From the IMG/VR virus record IMGVR_UViG_3300025476_000001, positions 1 through 63,517 of that record: 63,517 bases of DNA. One strand, given 5' to 3'. The DNA is from a virus (Duplodnaviria > Caudoviricetes). This document shows, in pieces, positions 1 to 10,013 of the stretch. The translations under genes were made by a program, and so were the position numbers. The stretch's first letter is position 1; the number at the start of each line of letters is the position of its first letter. The notes beneath the pieces were generated by a model that saw nothing but the letters and a program-made list of their open reading frames with translations, was not told where the DNA came from and did not search any database.

Positions 1-127
1 AATGACGTGTTTTTGGCATGGCTTCCAGTGAATGTTGGGAGCAATGGCGGGGTTAATACTGGTGATTGCAGTTGTCAGTTTTATTGTAGCAAGAGTAGCA
101 AATTATGAAGTGTAAAGGAGATTAGTT

Positions 128-892
128 ATGTGGTTTCATAAAGCACCAAAGCCATTATCGAGATACGGTTGGAAACGGGATATTCCAGATCATCGAGATT
201 GCTTATATAGTGTTGGTATGCCAGAGGCGATTGTTTTGCCAACTAAGATAGATTTACGATCAGATTGTTCATCGGTTGAGAATCAGGGTGAATTGGGTGC
301 CTGTACTGCCCATGCGATTGCTGGTCATTTAGAATTTCTGGAAACGAATTGGGGCACGAAAGGATATCTTACGGTAAGCCGTCTATTCATTTATTATAAT
401 GAAAGGCTTCTCGAACATACTGTAAATTATGATTCTGGCGCGTCTTTGAGAGACGGCATCAAGACACTTGTCAAGACGGGATATTGTTGGGAAGCAATGT
501 GGCCGTATATTATCAATAAATTTACCACAAAACCTTCACGTCAATGTTATGAGAATGCTCTTCAACATAAGATTGTCTCGTATCGCAGTCTGCGAGCGCG
601 TCGAGAGTTGATGACTTGTCTTGCAGAAGGATATCCGTTTGTGTTTGGTATATCCGTGTACGAGAGTTTTGAGTCAAATGTTGTAGCTAAGACAGGTGTA
701 GTGCCCATGCCTAAGTCAGATGAGAAACTATTGGGCGGCCATGCTGTATTGTGTGTAGGATATGATCAGTTAAATCAGACGTTTCTAGTGCGAAATTCGT
801 GGGGTGCGAATTGGGGAATGAAAGGATATTTCACGTTGCCGTTTGAATATGTAGATGCATTGGCAGACGATTTCTGGACAATAAGAAAGTAG
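128..892 (+). CDS. Papain-like cysteine protease (peptidase C1A family)
   Basis: Catalytic motifs NQGELGACTAHA (Gln, Cys), GGHAV (His), RNSWG (Asn); SD AAGGAG upstream. Confidence 0.92.
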   Translation: MWFHKAPKPLSRYGWKRDIPDHRDCLYSVGMPEAIVLPTKIDLRSDCSSVENQGELGACTAHAIAGHLEFLETNWGTKGYLTVSRLFIYYNERLLEHTVNYDSGASLRDGIKTLVKTGYCWEAMWPYIINKFTTKPSRQCYENALQHKIVSYRSLRARRELMTCLAEGYPFVFGISVYESFESNVVAKTGVVPMPKSDEKLLGGHAVLCVGYDQLNQTFLVRNSWGANWGMKGYFTLPFEYVDALADDFWTIRK

Positions 893-898
893 GAGACT

Positions 899-1012
899 AT
901 GTTAGGGCGTAGAGTAGCTAAGAAGCGCAGTGTCAGTTGTTATAACAGAAAGGCAGTAAAGAGACATTCATTGTCTTTCTATCTGGATAAATTGAAGAAA
1001 CCGAGTAATTAG
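899..1012 (+). CDS. Small basic hypothetical protein (37 aa, MLGRRVAKKR...)
   Basis: AGGAG shortly before ATG 899; read by eye, below the ORF-track cutoff. Confidence 0.35.
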   Translation: MLGRRVAKKRSVSCYNRKAVKRHSLSFYLDKLKKPSN

Positions 1013-1055
1013 GCAATGGCGGGCCTTTGATCGTCAAAAGAAAAGGAGAATCAAA

Positions 1056-1445
1056 ATGAAAGTGATTTTAGGGGACATCAAGCTTGCAGAAAAAGCTTTG
1101 TCGCAAATTTTGTTAGCACAGGTCGATGTTAAATTAGCTTATCGTGTTGAGAAGATTACCAGAAAGTTAGTTACGGAAATTGACAAGATTGAGACAAAAA
1201 GACTTGAATTTATTGGAAAGTTTGGTACTCCTGACTTAGATAATGGCAAAGATGTCGGGCGTTCTTCGGTTAAACCTGATCGGCAAGCAGAGTTCAATAA
1301 AGAATTTGGTGAATATTTAAGTGGAGAATCTGATATAGACTGTCAGGAGATTCCGTACGAATTGTTGGAGAATTCTGGGATCAAAATGTCACCAGCTGAT
1401 ATGTTACTATTAAAGAAGTTTATTGCGGAACCGATAAGTAAATAA
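1056..1445 (+). CDS. Hypothetical phage protein
   Basis: 129-aa ORF with strong SD AAGGAG. Confidence 0.75.
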   Translation: MKVILGDIKLAEKALSQILLAQVDVKLAYRVEKITRKLVTEIDKIETKRLEFIGKFGTPDLDNGKDVGRSSVKPDRQAEFNKEFGEYLSGESDIDCQEIPYELLENSGIKMSPADMLLLKKFIAEPISK

Positions 1446-1594
1446 AGATTGACGAAGTTCGCGCTATACCAATTGTATAGTGAAAAGTATTTAGAGAGGC
1501 ATAATTTACTTCTCTGACACAAGCAGTACAAGGTCCACCAAGAGCAGTATACTTTTCTGGTATATAGCGTCTTCTATATAATGTAGGAGAGCTA

Positions 1595-2209
1595 ATGGTG
1601 TCTTCCAGTAGTGATAATGATGACGTACGGAAACTACCAGATAGAGTTATCCTGCGATTGTACAAGATTGAGTCAGAGTCCAAGTATATTGAAGTCATAC
1701 TTGATAGATATAAATATTTCATTCTCAAAGTAATAAGTAACTGGCACTTCCGCAACACTCATCACGTCAAACTGTATCAATCAGACTTTCAGGACGTTCA
1801 CCAATACGCAAAGTTAGCAGTAATGACGTTCATGGCCCGCGTTAAGAATATTTCCCATGTGAAGAATGTGTCTGTATCCATCAAATCATACATATACACA
1901 ATGTTGAACAAGTACTACAGGCATTGCAAGTACGAGTACCCCGATGAAGAAATATTTAAGAAAGCAGACAGAGAAGTTGAACCAGAAATAAATGATTTGA
2001 TGGACTTTGAAATAGTTAATTATGATATAATATTATTTCTAAAATATCAATATCGATACAACTACTACAAATTAGGTATGTTATTTACGAAGTTGAATAA
2101 ATCTCAATCAATGCAGAATTCAGTAGCTAATAGTGTCAAACGCAAGATAAAATATTTGAAGTGGGAATTGAAACGAAGAAACATGAATCAGATGCTGAAG
2201 TCGGAATAA
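1595..2209 (+). CDS. Putative sigma-factor-like transcription regulator
   Basis: DFQDVHQYAKLAVMTF...SIKSYIYTMLNKYYR loosely resembles sigma region 2; basic helical C-terminus; SD AGGAG; lies just upstream of the packaging/structural genes. Confidence 0.4.
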   Translation: MVSSSSDNDDVRKLPDRVILRLYKIESESKYIEVILDRYKYFILKVISNWHFRNTHHVKLYQSDFQDVHQYAKLAVMTFMARVKNISHVKNVSVSIKSYIYTMLNKYYRHCKYEYPDEEIFKKADREVEPEINDLMDFEIVNYDIILFLKYQYRYNYYKLGMLFTKLNKSQSMQNSVANSVKRKIKYLKWELKRRNMNQMLKSE

Positions 2210-2454
2210 TCACTCTCCCCTAAAACTTTCCACGCAGGAACAATTATACCAACATATTCGTTAATTTATTTTTTATTAGAGATACTTTTTAGGCGGCAAG
2301 GTCATTTAATTAGTGACTAAGTCGCGTTGTTGTATTTGGAGTACAATTTTACTCTATATGAATAAAAAAGACAATCATTCTCTCCAAAATCTATTCGTTC
2401 CCTTTAACATAAAATTTTTTCATCGAAATACAAAAACGCAAGAGAGGTGTTATA

Positions 2455-2589
2455 ATGAGTGAGTTGGAAAAACTGTCTACCATAGTAAAGGAACAAGCTG
2501 TTCCAGTAGTACCTACTACTGAAACTCAGCAGCCTGAAACGCAGACTCAGGATGTTGCTGTTCAAGAAATGATGAATACACTTAGATAA
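2455..2589 (+). CDS. Short ORF (MSELEKLSTIVKEQ...), in frame with and abutting the ORF at 2590
   Basis: SD GAGG before ATG 2455; TAA 2587-2589 followed directly by in-frame ATG. Confidence 0.5.
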   Translation: MSELEKLSTIVKEQAVPVVPTTETQQPETQTQDVAVQEMMNTLR

Positions 2590-2952
2590 ATGAACGGTTT
2601 AGTATCTATATCAACGTTAGCAGCTAAGGCGCAGGCTGTCACTGTTGGCATGGCCGAAGGTGCGCTCAAAGATTTGACCATGTCAGAAGCCATGTACAAT
2701 AGATTAGTAATAATGATAGATGATCCTGATAACAAAGAGGCCAAATCACCGTACCTATTGCTTGAAGTCATCAAACTTAAAGAACAAATGGCAGTCACTA
2801 AATCTAAACTCGTAATGGACTTGACGATAGCATTAAAAGGTAAGTCTGCATTAGCATCATCGCAGGGTGAAGATTATGTGAGACCAATGATAGATTTGTC
2901 AGGAATTCCTATTGAAGAACGTGAAAGTTTGAGAGAGGGTATGCCAGCATGA
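2590..2952 (+). CDS. Hypothetical helical protein, possible terminase small subunit (C-terminal part)
   Basis: Position shortly upstream of terL; helical composition; no diagnostic motif. Confidence 0.4.
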   Translation: MNGLVSISTLAAKAQAVTVGMAEGALKDLTMSEAMYNRLVIMIDDPDNKEAKSPYLLLEVIKLKEQMAVTKSKLVMDLTIALKGKSALASSQGEDYVRPMIDLSGIPIEERESLREGMPA

Positions 2953-3479
2953 TATATACAAAAGCTGAGTTAATTGAAGTATTTAGAACAATTGGATACA
3001 ATGCCCATCTGAACGGTTCAGTATTCACAAATCTGACGTCTGCAGATTTCAAACGTATGGACAAAGAGATGTTATATTGTCCTAAGTGCAAGAGTGCAGT
3101 TCGCATTTTGGTGCGTGTCAGCGGTACCTGGGCGTGTCTCAAATGCAACAATGCTAGTATAAGTAGCAATTATAAGAAGTTGAGAGCTACTATCATAGTC
3201 AACGATTTGATTGCATATTTTGGGGAGAATATTACGTCTGAACAATTGTTTGACTCTGATGTTATAGACGGTTTCATTAGATTTTGTGATTTGGAACATT
3301 CTCCATGGTATTATTTAGCATTTATGCAATTGCACGAGGCAATTATGGAGAAGGAATTGTCCATGTATAAGATTGTTCCATTTATGGCTCAGAAACGCGC
3401 AAGGCTTGACGAAATATTCAAAAAGGAACCAAAAGAGAAACCTACTTCTAATGAACGAAAATCTGAAACGACAGCTTGA
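2949..3479 (+). CDS. Zinc-ribbon protein
   Basis: CPKC...CLKC motif; ATGA overlap with the previous gene. Confidence 0.7.
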   Translation: MIYTKAELIEVFRTIGYNAHLNGSVFTNLTSADFKRMDKEMLYCPKCKSAVRILVRVSGTWACLKCNNASISSNYKKLRATIIVNDLIAYFGENITSEQLFDSDVIDGFIRFCDLEHSPWYYLAFMQLHEAIMEKELSMYKIVPFMAQKRARLDEIFKKEPKEKPTSNERKSETTA

Positions 3480-5463
3480 GTTAGATCCTAAACTTCGAGA
3501 GGAACTTTGGCGCATAGACTACCTCGAGAAGCCAGTTGATATTGATACCTTTATATGTAATCCTTATTATTTGGGTAGATCTACCGATAAGGGTAATCGC
3601 GTATATCCTGTTTGGCGCGATACATTACGGCGCGTATTCAATGATAAAGATATAACCGAAGTTATTTTGACTGGAAGCATCGGTGGTGGCAAAACTTCGT
3701 GTGCTGTATTAGCAATGTCATATGTAACATATCGTACGTTGTGTCTACGTAATCCCTACGAATATTACAACTTACTGGTTGGAAAACCGTTGTCCATAGT
3801 GTTCTTCTCGGTCAAACTATCATTGTCCTCATCTACAGCATTCATGGCATATCAACGCATGATGCAGAATTCTCAGTGGTTTTTGGAACGCGGCGAACTT
3901 CGTGGAACTGTCGATCCAGTAATACATTTTCCATTAATAGATTATAAATTAGGATCTCCTAGAGCATCGGGTATGGGTTCTGTGGGCGCTGATGTTATAA
4001 GTGCCTGCCTCGATGAAATTAATGCTCCCGGTGAAGCAGTGTCTATGAAACAGCGCGTATTCAATATGTATCAGGGTACTGTGCGACGTATTGGTTCGCG
4101 TTTTATGAAGTCTGGTGGTAAATTGCCTAGCATTATGAAAATGTTTCTGTGTGCGTCTAAAGATGACGAATTGTCATTTGTAGATAAATATATAGAACAC
4201 AAAAAGAATTCTGTTAACGTATGTATCATCGATAAACCTATTTGGGAGATTAAGCCAGGCAATTATTCAGGCGTGACTTTCCCAGTAGTATTGGGTGACA
4301 AATATCATGATCCAAAGATAATTACAGATGCTCAGAGAGTTGACTATGCAGACCAAAAAATTGTCAATATTCCGATAGAACATTTGGAAGAGTTTAGATT
4401 CAATCTCATCGGTGCATTGCGTGATTGTGCAGGGTTAACTACCAAAGGACTTCGAAAACAGAAACTGTTTCAAAATATTGAGTCGTTGACTGACTGTTAT
4501 GATGAGACTGCAACGCATCCATTTTCCAAGACCGAAATCGAGTTCGATTTGTTGTCAGAAGACAACATTATTAATTATTTCAAACTGTCAGATATTAAAG
4601 TAGATAGATCGGTGCCACGATTTATACATATAGACGTGGGCGTATCACACGATAGTACAGGCATTGCGTGTTCGTATGTTGCGGGTGTTCAGGAGTCTGT
4701 GTCGGAATCTTTAGATGGACAATTGTTAGTAAATAAATTGCCCGTTATTAATACTGAATGGGTGATTCGCGTGAATCCGCGAGTTGGCTCTCAAATACCT
4801 ATCGCGAAGATTAAGAAGTTTATATTGGACTTATATAATTTAGGATTTAATATTGCAAAGGTTACTACCGACGGATATCAGTCAACAGATTTACAACAGA
4901 CATTCATACGCGCAAATATTCCATCAGAGTTGTTGTCAGTAGATAAGACTCCTGATGCGTATATTGATTTGCGCGATTTGGTGTCTAGCAGGCGTTGGTC
5001 ATGTTATAAATATGAAAGATTGCACTTCGAACTGTACAATCTCGAAGTGGATTCTCTGACGGGAAAGATTAATCACCCTGAAATCGTCAAAGATTTGGAT
5101 GCTAATATGTCCGAATTCGTAGTCGAGGGAACAAAAGACTGCTCGGATGCCGTTGCAGCGTCAGTGCATATGGCTATTGCAGAACTTCCGAACGTAGTTG
5201 ACGAAGTAGCAATAGCTGATGCCTTTACTAAATTCAGGTCGAGAGTAAAAAAGAATGAGACGGAGTTGACAGTCAGAAGCATGTTCAAAGTTGATGGACA
5301 TGAGATGGTTGGTGTCAAGACTGGGCCGAACTTCGAACGTTTTAGTTCTATTTTAGATCAGATACACAATCGAAGAAACGATGATGATGCTCCGAAAGCA
5401 ATTAGAAAAGATGAATACAAAGATGGGAACGAAACCTTTAATTCCAAGGAAGGTACTAAATGA
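3451..5463 (+). CDS. terL: Terminase large subunit (start more likely ATG 3451 than 3373)
   Basis: Walker A LTGSIGGGKT, Walker B ACLDE, RNase H-like nuclease HIDVGVSHDSTG and KDCSDAVA; directly upstream of portal. Confidence 0.93.
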   Translation: MNENLKRQLELDPKLREELWRIDYLEKPVDIDTFICNPYYLGRSTDKGNRVYPVWRDTLRRVFNDKDITEVILTGSIGGGKTSCAVLAMSYVTYRTLCLRNPYEYYNLLVGKPLSIVFFSVKLSLSSSTAFMAYQRMMQNSQWFLERGELRGTVDPVIHFPLIDYKLGSPRASGMGSVGADVISACLDEINAPGEAVSMKQRVFNMYQGTVRRIGSRFMKSGGKLPSIMKMFLCASKDDELSFVDKYIEHKKNSVNVCIIDKPIWEIKPGNYSGVTFPVVLGDKYHDPKIITDAQRVDYADQKIVNIPIEHLEEFRFNLIGALRDCAGLTTKGLRKQKLFQNIESLTDCYDETATHPFSKTEIEFDLLSEDNIINYFKLSDIKVDRSVPRFIHIDVGVSHDSTGIACSYVAGVQESVSESLDGQLLVNKLPVINTEWVIRVNPRVGSQIPIAKIKKFILDLYNLGFNIAKVTTDGYQSTDLQQTFIRANIPSELLSVDKTPDAYIDLRDLVSSRRWSCYKYERLHFELYNLEVDSLTGKINHPEIVKDLDANMSEFVVEGTKDCSDAVAASVHMAIAELPNVVDEVAIADAFTKFRSRVKKNETELTVRSMFKVDGHEMVGVKTGPNFERFSSILDQIHNRRNDDDAPKAIRKDEYKDGNETFNSKEGTK

Positions 5464-8396
5464 ATGTATTAGATTTCCTGAAAAAACAATTTCGACCAAT
5501 CAAAGGCGTTACCATTCCAGCGGCACAAGTACCTCCTTTAATTAAAAGTGACGCATCCGCTGACTTCGTCAATAAGTTTGGAGTAGTTACGTCTGATTTG
5601 CGTCAGATATTACAAGATCAATCATTAGTTCTTTACGAGCGCAGTCAGATTTATCAATCAATAGATAGATCTCTCGTTCATCCTCTCATGTCAGCTGCGT
5701 GTAGTATTTACGCGGACACCGCTACAGTGCGTTCTCCTCTTCACGAATCCACCGTTTGGGTTACATCTAAATCGAAAGAGTATACATATCACATCGAAAA
5801 GATGTTTGACATAATAAACATGGAAGAAGTAATATATGACTGGGCGTGGTCTATTGCTACGTTTGGTGATCAGTTCGTGCAACTTTATGGTGAGCCTGGT
5901 GTAGGATTAGTGTCAGTTAACGACGATAATCATCCAATTAATATTTCGAGAGTAGATTACAATGGTAGATTGATAGGTTTCTATGAGACGCCGTTAGGAT
6001 ATTCTGTTGCAGACGAACGCAAATTAATGACTCCCTGGGATTACTGTCACCTTAGACTTCTCGGGGCAAAAAGAAGAAGACCGATTTACGCAGATCCACA
6101 ATATTCAGAATTCAGATGCCTGACCGGCAATACTGAAATTATGCTTCTTAACAATAAATCTGTTAGAATGACCGAAATGGAACAAAGAAAAGAAAATTAT
6201 TTAGGAAAGTACGTTTGGTCTATAAATCCAATTACACTGGAATTGGAACCAGACAGAATAGTTGATGTAAGAAAAACAAAACTTAATGCAGAACTTGTAC
6301 GAGTTCATCTTGATAATGATGAGTTTATAGATTGTACACCTGATCATAAATTTATGCTACGCGATGGTTCATTCGTAGAAGCACAGAATCTGCAATCTAA
6401 TGTGTCTCTTATGCCATATTATCCAAAACCAGTAAGTTTTGGTAAGTATAATTACGTGTACAATCCCGGCATTCGAAAATATGTAAATGAACACGTACTT
6501 GTCGCAGAATTTGTTGGTGGAAGAAAGGTTAAATCTGACGAAGTTGTTCATCATAGAGATTTTAACGGAATGAACAACGACCCGTCAAATTTAGTAATAT
6601 TAGATAGAAAGGTTCATTCTGATTTTCATATAAAGATTAACAAAAGAAGATGGGTAGACGAGAAGTACAGAGCAAAAGTGATACCGAAACTAAGCAAGGC
6701 AAGTAATAGAATGTGGGCAGATGAAAAATACAGACAGAATCAACTATCAGGATGCAAACAGGCATGGGAGAATAACGACGAACGCAGAGATAAATTATCT
6801 AAGAGTGCTCTTGATTTGTGGAAGAACGACGAATACAGAAACAAAATTATAGACAAATCTAAAATTAACGGAAATAAGTCGGAGATAAAAACGAAACTTT
6901 CTATCTCTTCTAATAGAAACTGGAGTAATTCTGCATACAGAGAAAAGATGCGGTTGAGAGACGAGAATGAAAGAATAAAAGCTCAAGAAAAGAGATTGGA
7001 ATTATTTAATAAGATAGAAGAGTTTGTAGTTAATAATATAGATCGATTGAATAGCGTTGATTGTCTGAATGTTGAAGTTTATAAATTGTTTGGTACATCA
7101 TCGCATCAGGTGTGGAAAGTTATAAAACAATTTACTAATCTTACAGTTGGACAATATCTTGAACTTAATAAGAAAAGACAGCTAATACACAATCATAAGG
7201 TTGTTAGAGTAGAACGTTTGACTAATCGTGAAGATACGTACGACATTCAAACAGAAAGAAATCATAATTTTCCGTTGAAACAAGGTGTGTTTGTTCACAA
7301 TTCAATCAGTATAATGACCCCCGATATACGACGCCTCACCAGCAAGTATGGCCAAAGTGTATTAGCAGATGCTCTTCCCATTTATAAACGTCTTCGTTTG
7401 GCTGAAGATTCAATACTGATGGCGCGTATTTCGCGTGGAATTCTTAGATATATTTATAAGGTGGCGGTGGAAGGCAACAACAACGAAGCAGTGGCCAAAA
7501 TCATTGACAATTACGTTGATGAGTTGAAACGCGCAAGAGCGTTGAATGTTGATCCGAACAATCCGAATTATGTTGACAGATATCAGGCATTGGCAGGCAT
7601 TGAAGATATAATTATGCCAGTGTGGAAAGATGTCAATTCAGTTGCAGTTGAGAAGATTGGTGGAGAGGTTGACATTCGTTGGATTGTAGATGTCACCGAA
7701 CTTATTAAACAGTTATCCACTGCGTTGAAAGTACCTTTACCCTTATTAGCTGGATATGCGGAACAGGCACCTCCTTCGTTGGGGAACGGTTCAATCGAGA
7801 GATTGGACATTCGCTTCGCCAGACAGTCTCGACGCATTCAACGTGCAATAATTAATGGTCTGACGCGCATGGCGCAAATACATTTAGCATATCAAGGTAT
7901 GGATCCAGATTTGAATTTATTTCAGATTCAGATGGCTGAGACGTCCTCCGCAGAAGAGGAAGAGTTAAAGAACGCACTTGATACTGGAGTCGATGTTGCT
8001 ACAAAATTAGCCGAACTCTGGGAAAAAATGATTGGTCCAGACGCAGACAAAATGGAGATTTTAGACTATCTGAATAAGAAACTGTTGAAACTGAACGACG
8101 CAGACCTTCAGAAGTTTATCAAAAAGGTTAATCCCAACGCATTCACAGAGCCACGTACTGAAGAGTTGGTTCCGGGCGTTGAAACTCCTGAGAAGAAGGA
8201 AGAACCGGCGGCGAACCCGTTTAGAGAATCGGTTTCCGTTTCGGATTTGAAGTCGGCATTACCGAGGACGGTGAAAGAAGTAAAGATTAATGAAACTACT
8301 ACAATCAGAACTGGTTGCAACGAAGATTGGGAAACAAATTGGGGCAATAAAATCGTCAAAATTACTCCTTGCGAGGACAAAGAAAATGTCAAGTAA
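5460..8396 (+). CDS. Portal protein (T4 gp20-like) interrupted by an intein
   Basis: YGQSVL...RLAEDSILMARISR, ALKVP, DIRFARQSRRIQ motifs typical of gp20-like portals; follows terL. Confidence 0.9.
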   Translation: MNVLDFLKKQFRPIKGVTIPAAQVPPLIKSDASADFVNKFGVVTSDLRQILQDQSLVLYERSQIYQSIDRSLVHPLMSAACSIYADTATVRSPLHESTVWVTSKSKEYTYHIEKMFDIINMEEVIYDWAWSIATFGDQFVQLYGEPGVGLVSVNDDNHPINISRVDYNGRLIGFYETPLGYSVADERKLMTPWDYCHLRLLGAKRRRPIYADPQYSEFRCLTGNTEIMLLNNKSVRMTEMEQRKENYLGKYVWSINPITLELEPDRIVDVRKTKLNAELVRVHLDNDEFIDCTPDHKFMLRDGSFVEAQNLQSNVSLMPYYPKPVSFGKYNYVYNPGIRKYVNEHVLVAEFVGGRKVKSDEVVHHRDFNGMNNDPSNLVILDRKVHSDFHIKINKRRWVDEKYRAKVIPKLSKASNRMWADEKYRQNQLSGCKQAWENNDERRDKLSKSALDLWKNDEYRNKIIDKSKINGNKSEIKTKLSISSNRNWSNSAYREKMRLRDENERIKAQEKRLELFNKIEEFVVNNIDRLNSVDCLNVEVYKLFGTSSHQVWKVIKQFTNLTVGQYLELNKKRQLIHNHKVVRVERLTNREDTYDIQTERNHNFPLKQGVFVHNSISIMTPDIRRLTSKYGQSVLADALPIYKRLRLAEDSILMARISRGILRYIYKVAVEGNNNEAVAKIIDNYVDELKRARALNVDPNNPNYVDRYQALAGIEDIIMPVWKDVNSVAVEKIGGEVDIRWIVDVTELIKQLSTALKVPLPLLAGYAEQAPPSLGNGSIERLDIRFARQSRRIQRAIINGLTRMAQIHLAYQGMDPDLNLFQIQMAETSSAEEEELKNALDTGVDVATKLAELWEKMIGPDADKMEILDYLNKKLLKLNDADLQKFIKKVNPNAFTEPRTEELVPGVETPEKKEEPAANPFRESVSVSDLKSALPRTVKEVKINETTTIRTGCNEDWETNWGNKIVKITPCEDKENVK
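6117..7301 (+). mobile_element. Intein (395 aa) with HNH homing endonuclease domain in portal
   Basis: N-terminal CLTGNTEI, block B CTPDHKF, C-terminal TYDIQTERNHNF...GVFVHN followed by +1 Ser; internal EHVLVAE...VVHHRDFNGMNNDPSNL HNH motif. Confidence 0.93.
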
Positions 8397-8562
8397 GATA
8401 GGGTTTGAATATACAACGCGTTCGGTGATAGATACCTTGACAAATCAGATAGTAAGAGAATCGATAACTATCGAGTCTGGAATGCGTGTTATAAATATAG
8501 GTGTTGAGACAATTAGGCAGATGGTAGAGTTTCTGAAGTCTAAAGATATAGAGATTAAATAA
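8386..8562 (+). CDS. Small hypothetical protein (MSSKIGFEY...)
   Basis: ATG 8386 overlapping the portal end, within ORF-track ORF 8290..8562. Confidence 0.5.
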   Translation: MSSKIGFEYTTRSVIDTLTNQIVRESITIESGMRVINIGVETIRQMVEFLKSKDIEIK

Positions 8563-8575
8563 AAAGGAGAGATAT

Positions 8576-8722
8576 ATGAGTTTTAATATGCCGAGATGGG
8601 TGTGGTTCATTTTTTGGGCAATCGTTGTCATGGGTGTTTGTTGGGTAGCCAAAGTCAATCTTACGGTTCATATGGGTTCGAATGGGGTTGGTGCGAACAT
8701 AGAGAGAGGATCAAGTAAATAA
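8576..8722 (+). CDS. Small membrane protein (48 aa)
   Basis: SD AAGGAG; hydrophobic stretch [18 protein letters not shown]; read by eye. Confidence 0.6.
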   Translation: MSFNMPRWVWFIFWAIVVMGVCWVAKVNLTVHMGSNGVGANIERGSSK

Positions 8723-8735
8723 AGGAGAAGTAGAA

Positions 8736-8948
8736 ATGGCAAGAGGTAAAGTAAAGTGGTTCAGCAATGCTAAGGGTTATGGTTTCATCACGACTGATGA
8801 GGGCAAAGATATTTTTGTGCATTTCAGCGCTGTTCAGTCGGAAGGTTACAAATCGTTGAAAGAGAACGATGTGGTTGAGTTCGAAATTACTCAGGGTACT
8901 AAGGGCGAACAGGCATCTGACGTCAAACTGATAAACGAAAAACAATGA
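8736..8948 (+). CDS. cspA: Cold-shock protein (CspA family)
   Basis: [15 protein letters not shown] (RNP1) and DIFVHFSA (RNP2); 70 aa; SD AAGGAG. Confidence 0.95.
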   Translation: MARGKVKWFSNAKGYGFITTDEGKDIFVHFSAVQSEGYKSLKENDVVEFEITQGTKGEQASDVKLINEKQ

Positions 8949-9235
8949 GCGAAGAGATTCTAGATAGTTCCGAGAGAGAGGCGATTTTGAGGCAGGTGAT
9001 TTCCAAGCCCAAGCCTGCCACTAGTGAGGCAAAGCAACAGCCGGAGAGTGGCTCTCCCTCCCACTCTTCGGATCTCTCTAAGAGAGATTTTGGTTCACTT
9101 CTCGAGGAATCGTTGACGTTGCGTGAAGAGTTTGACGAGAATGAAAACGCTGAAATGGATGCTACGCGCAAGGAAGTAATTTCCGAATCGCGTGTAGATT
9201 TGATATCAGATGTGTTACGGAGTCTTATAAAGTGA
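8945..9235 (+). CDS. Hypothetical acidic protein
   Basis: ORF with ATGA-type overlap in the gene chain. Confidence 0.65.
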   Translation: MSEEILDSSEREAILRQVISKPKPATSEAKQQPESGSPSHSSDLSKRDFGSLLEESLTLREEFDENENAEMDATRKEVISESRVDLISDVLRSLIK

Positions 9236-9600
9236 GAAGTATAGCTAATAAAATATTATATGCAACGCGAGACTTTTCCGAAACGCAGTACGCACCTGTA
9301 TTAGAAAAGGCGTTGATTGAGTTTCGTAGAAATAACTTCGACGCAACCGAAAAATATTTATCTCAATTGCCTACGGAGTACGAATTGTTAGAGAATCTTA
9401 TAGATAGAGTTAAAGATAAGCCGGTTTATGCCAATCTTAAAAAGATACTTAATGCAGAGTCTGTATCAATCGCAGATCAGAAGATAGCGTTGAGTTCTCT
9501 TTTTACTAGATGTATAATTGAGTCCAAAGACAATCCCGAGTTTCGCTTGATTGAGAAAATTATACTTGAGAAGTTAGCTAGAGTAGGAGACGTTATATGA
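9232..9600 (+). CDS. Hypothetical protein
   Basis: GTG start overlapping the previous stop. Confidence 0.65.
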   Translation: MRSIANKILYATRDFSETQYAPVLEKALIEFRRNNFDATEKYLSQLPTEYELLENLIDRVKDKPVYANLKKILNAESVSIADQKIALSSLFTRCIIESKDNPEFRLIEKIILEKLARVGDVI

Positions 9601-10013
9601 GTGAACTTGAGAAGTTTGCCAAACACATTAAAAAGGATGTAGAAGAACCGTCCTTGATGATGCCTATGAAGTCAACGTATTCAGCTGAGGCAAAGGAACC
9701 TACAGTAAAACAATTTAATGGTGCCAAAACTCATTACGACGTCAACGAGACTGAAGTTGTTCTACAGCCAGAAAGCATTCAACAGTTGCGTTCAGCGTTT
9801 GCTGCTATGGATGCTATATCAATAGAAGGTTTCGATTCATCAGATTTGTATGATATATATTTCGAGGGAGTTACTGGTTGGAAGAATCAATCCGATGACG
9901 TAGTAATTGACGAACTACTTTTGCGACTGAAAGAGAACAATGAAGGGGCAGACGACGAAAATGCTATGACGCCCGAACAATTTGCACAAAAGTTGATTAA
10001 GGAATATGTTTAG
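9597..10013 (+). CDS. Hypothetical acidic protein
   Basis: SD AGGAG, coupled overlap. Confidence 0.7.
   Translation: MSELEKFAKHIKKDVEEPSLMMPMKSTYSAEAKEPTVKQFNGAKTHYDVNETEVVLQPESIQQLRSAFAAMDAISIEGFDSSDLYDIYFEGVTGWKNQSDDVVIDELLLRLKENNEGADDENAMTPEQFAQKLIKEYV

Noticed and set aside
2210-2454. tRNA or structured ncRNA in the AT-rich intergenic gap
   Set aside because: No cloverleaf or convincing stems seen; probably a promoter region, but I cannot define its elements
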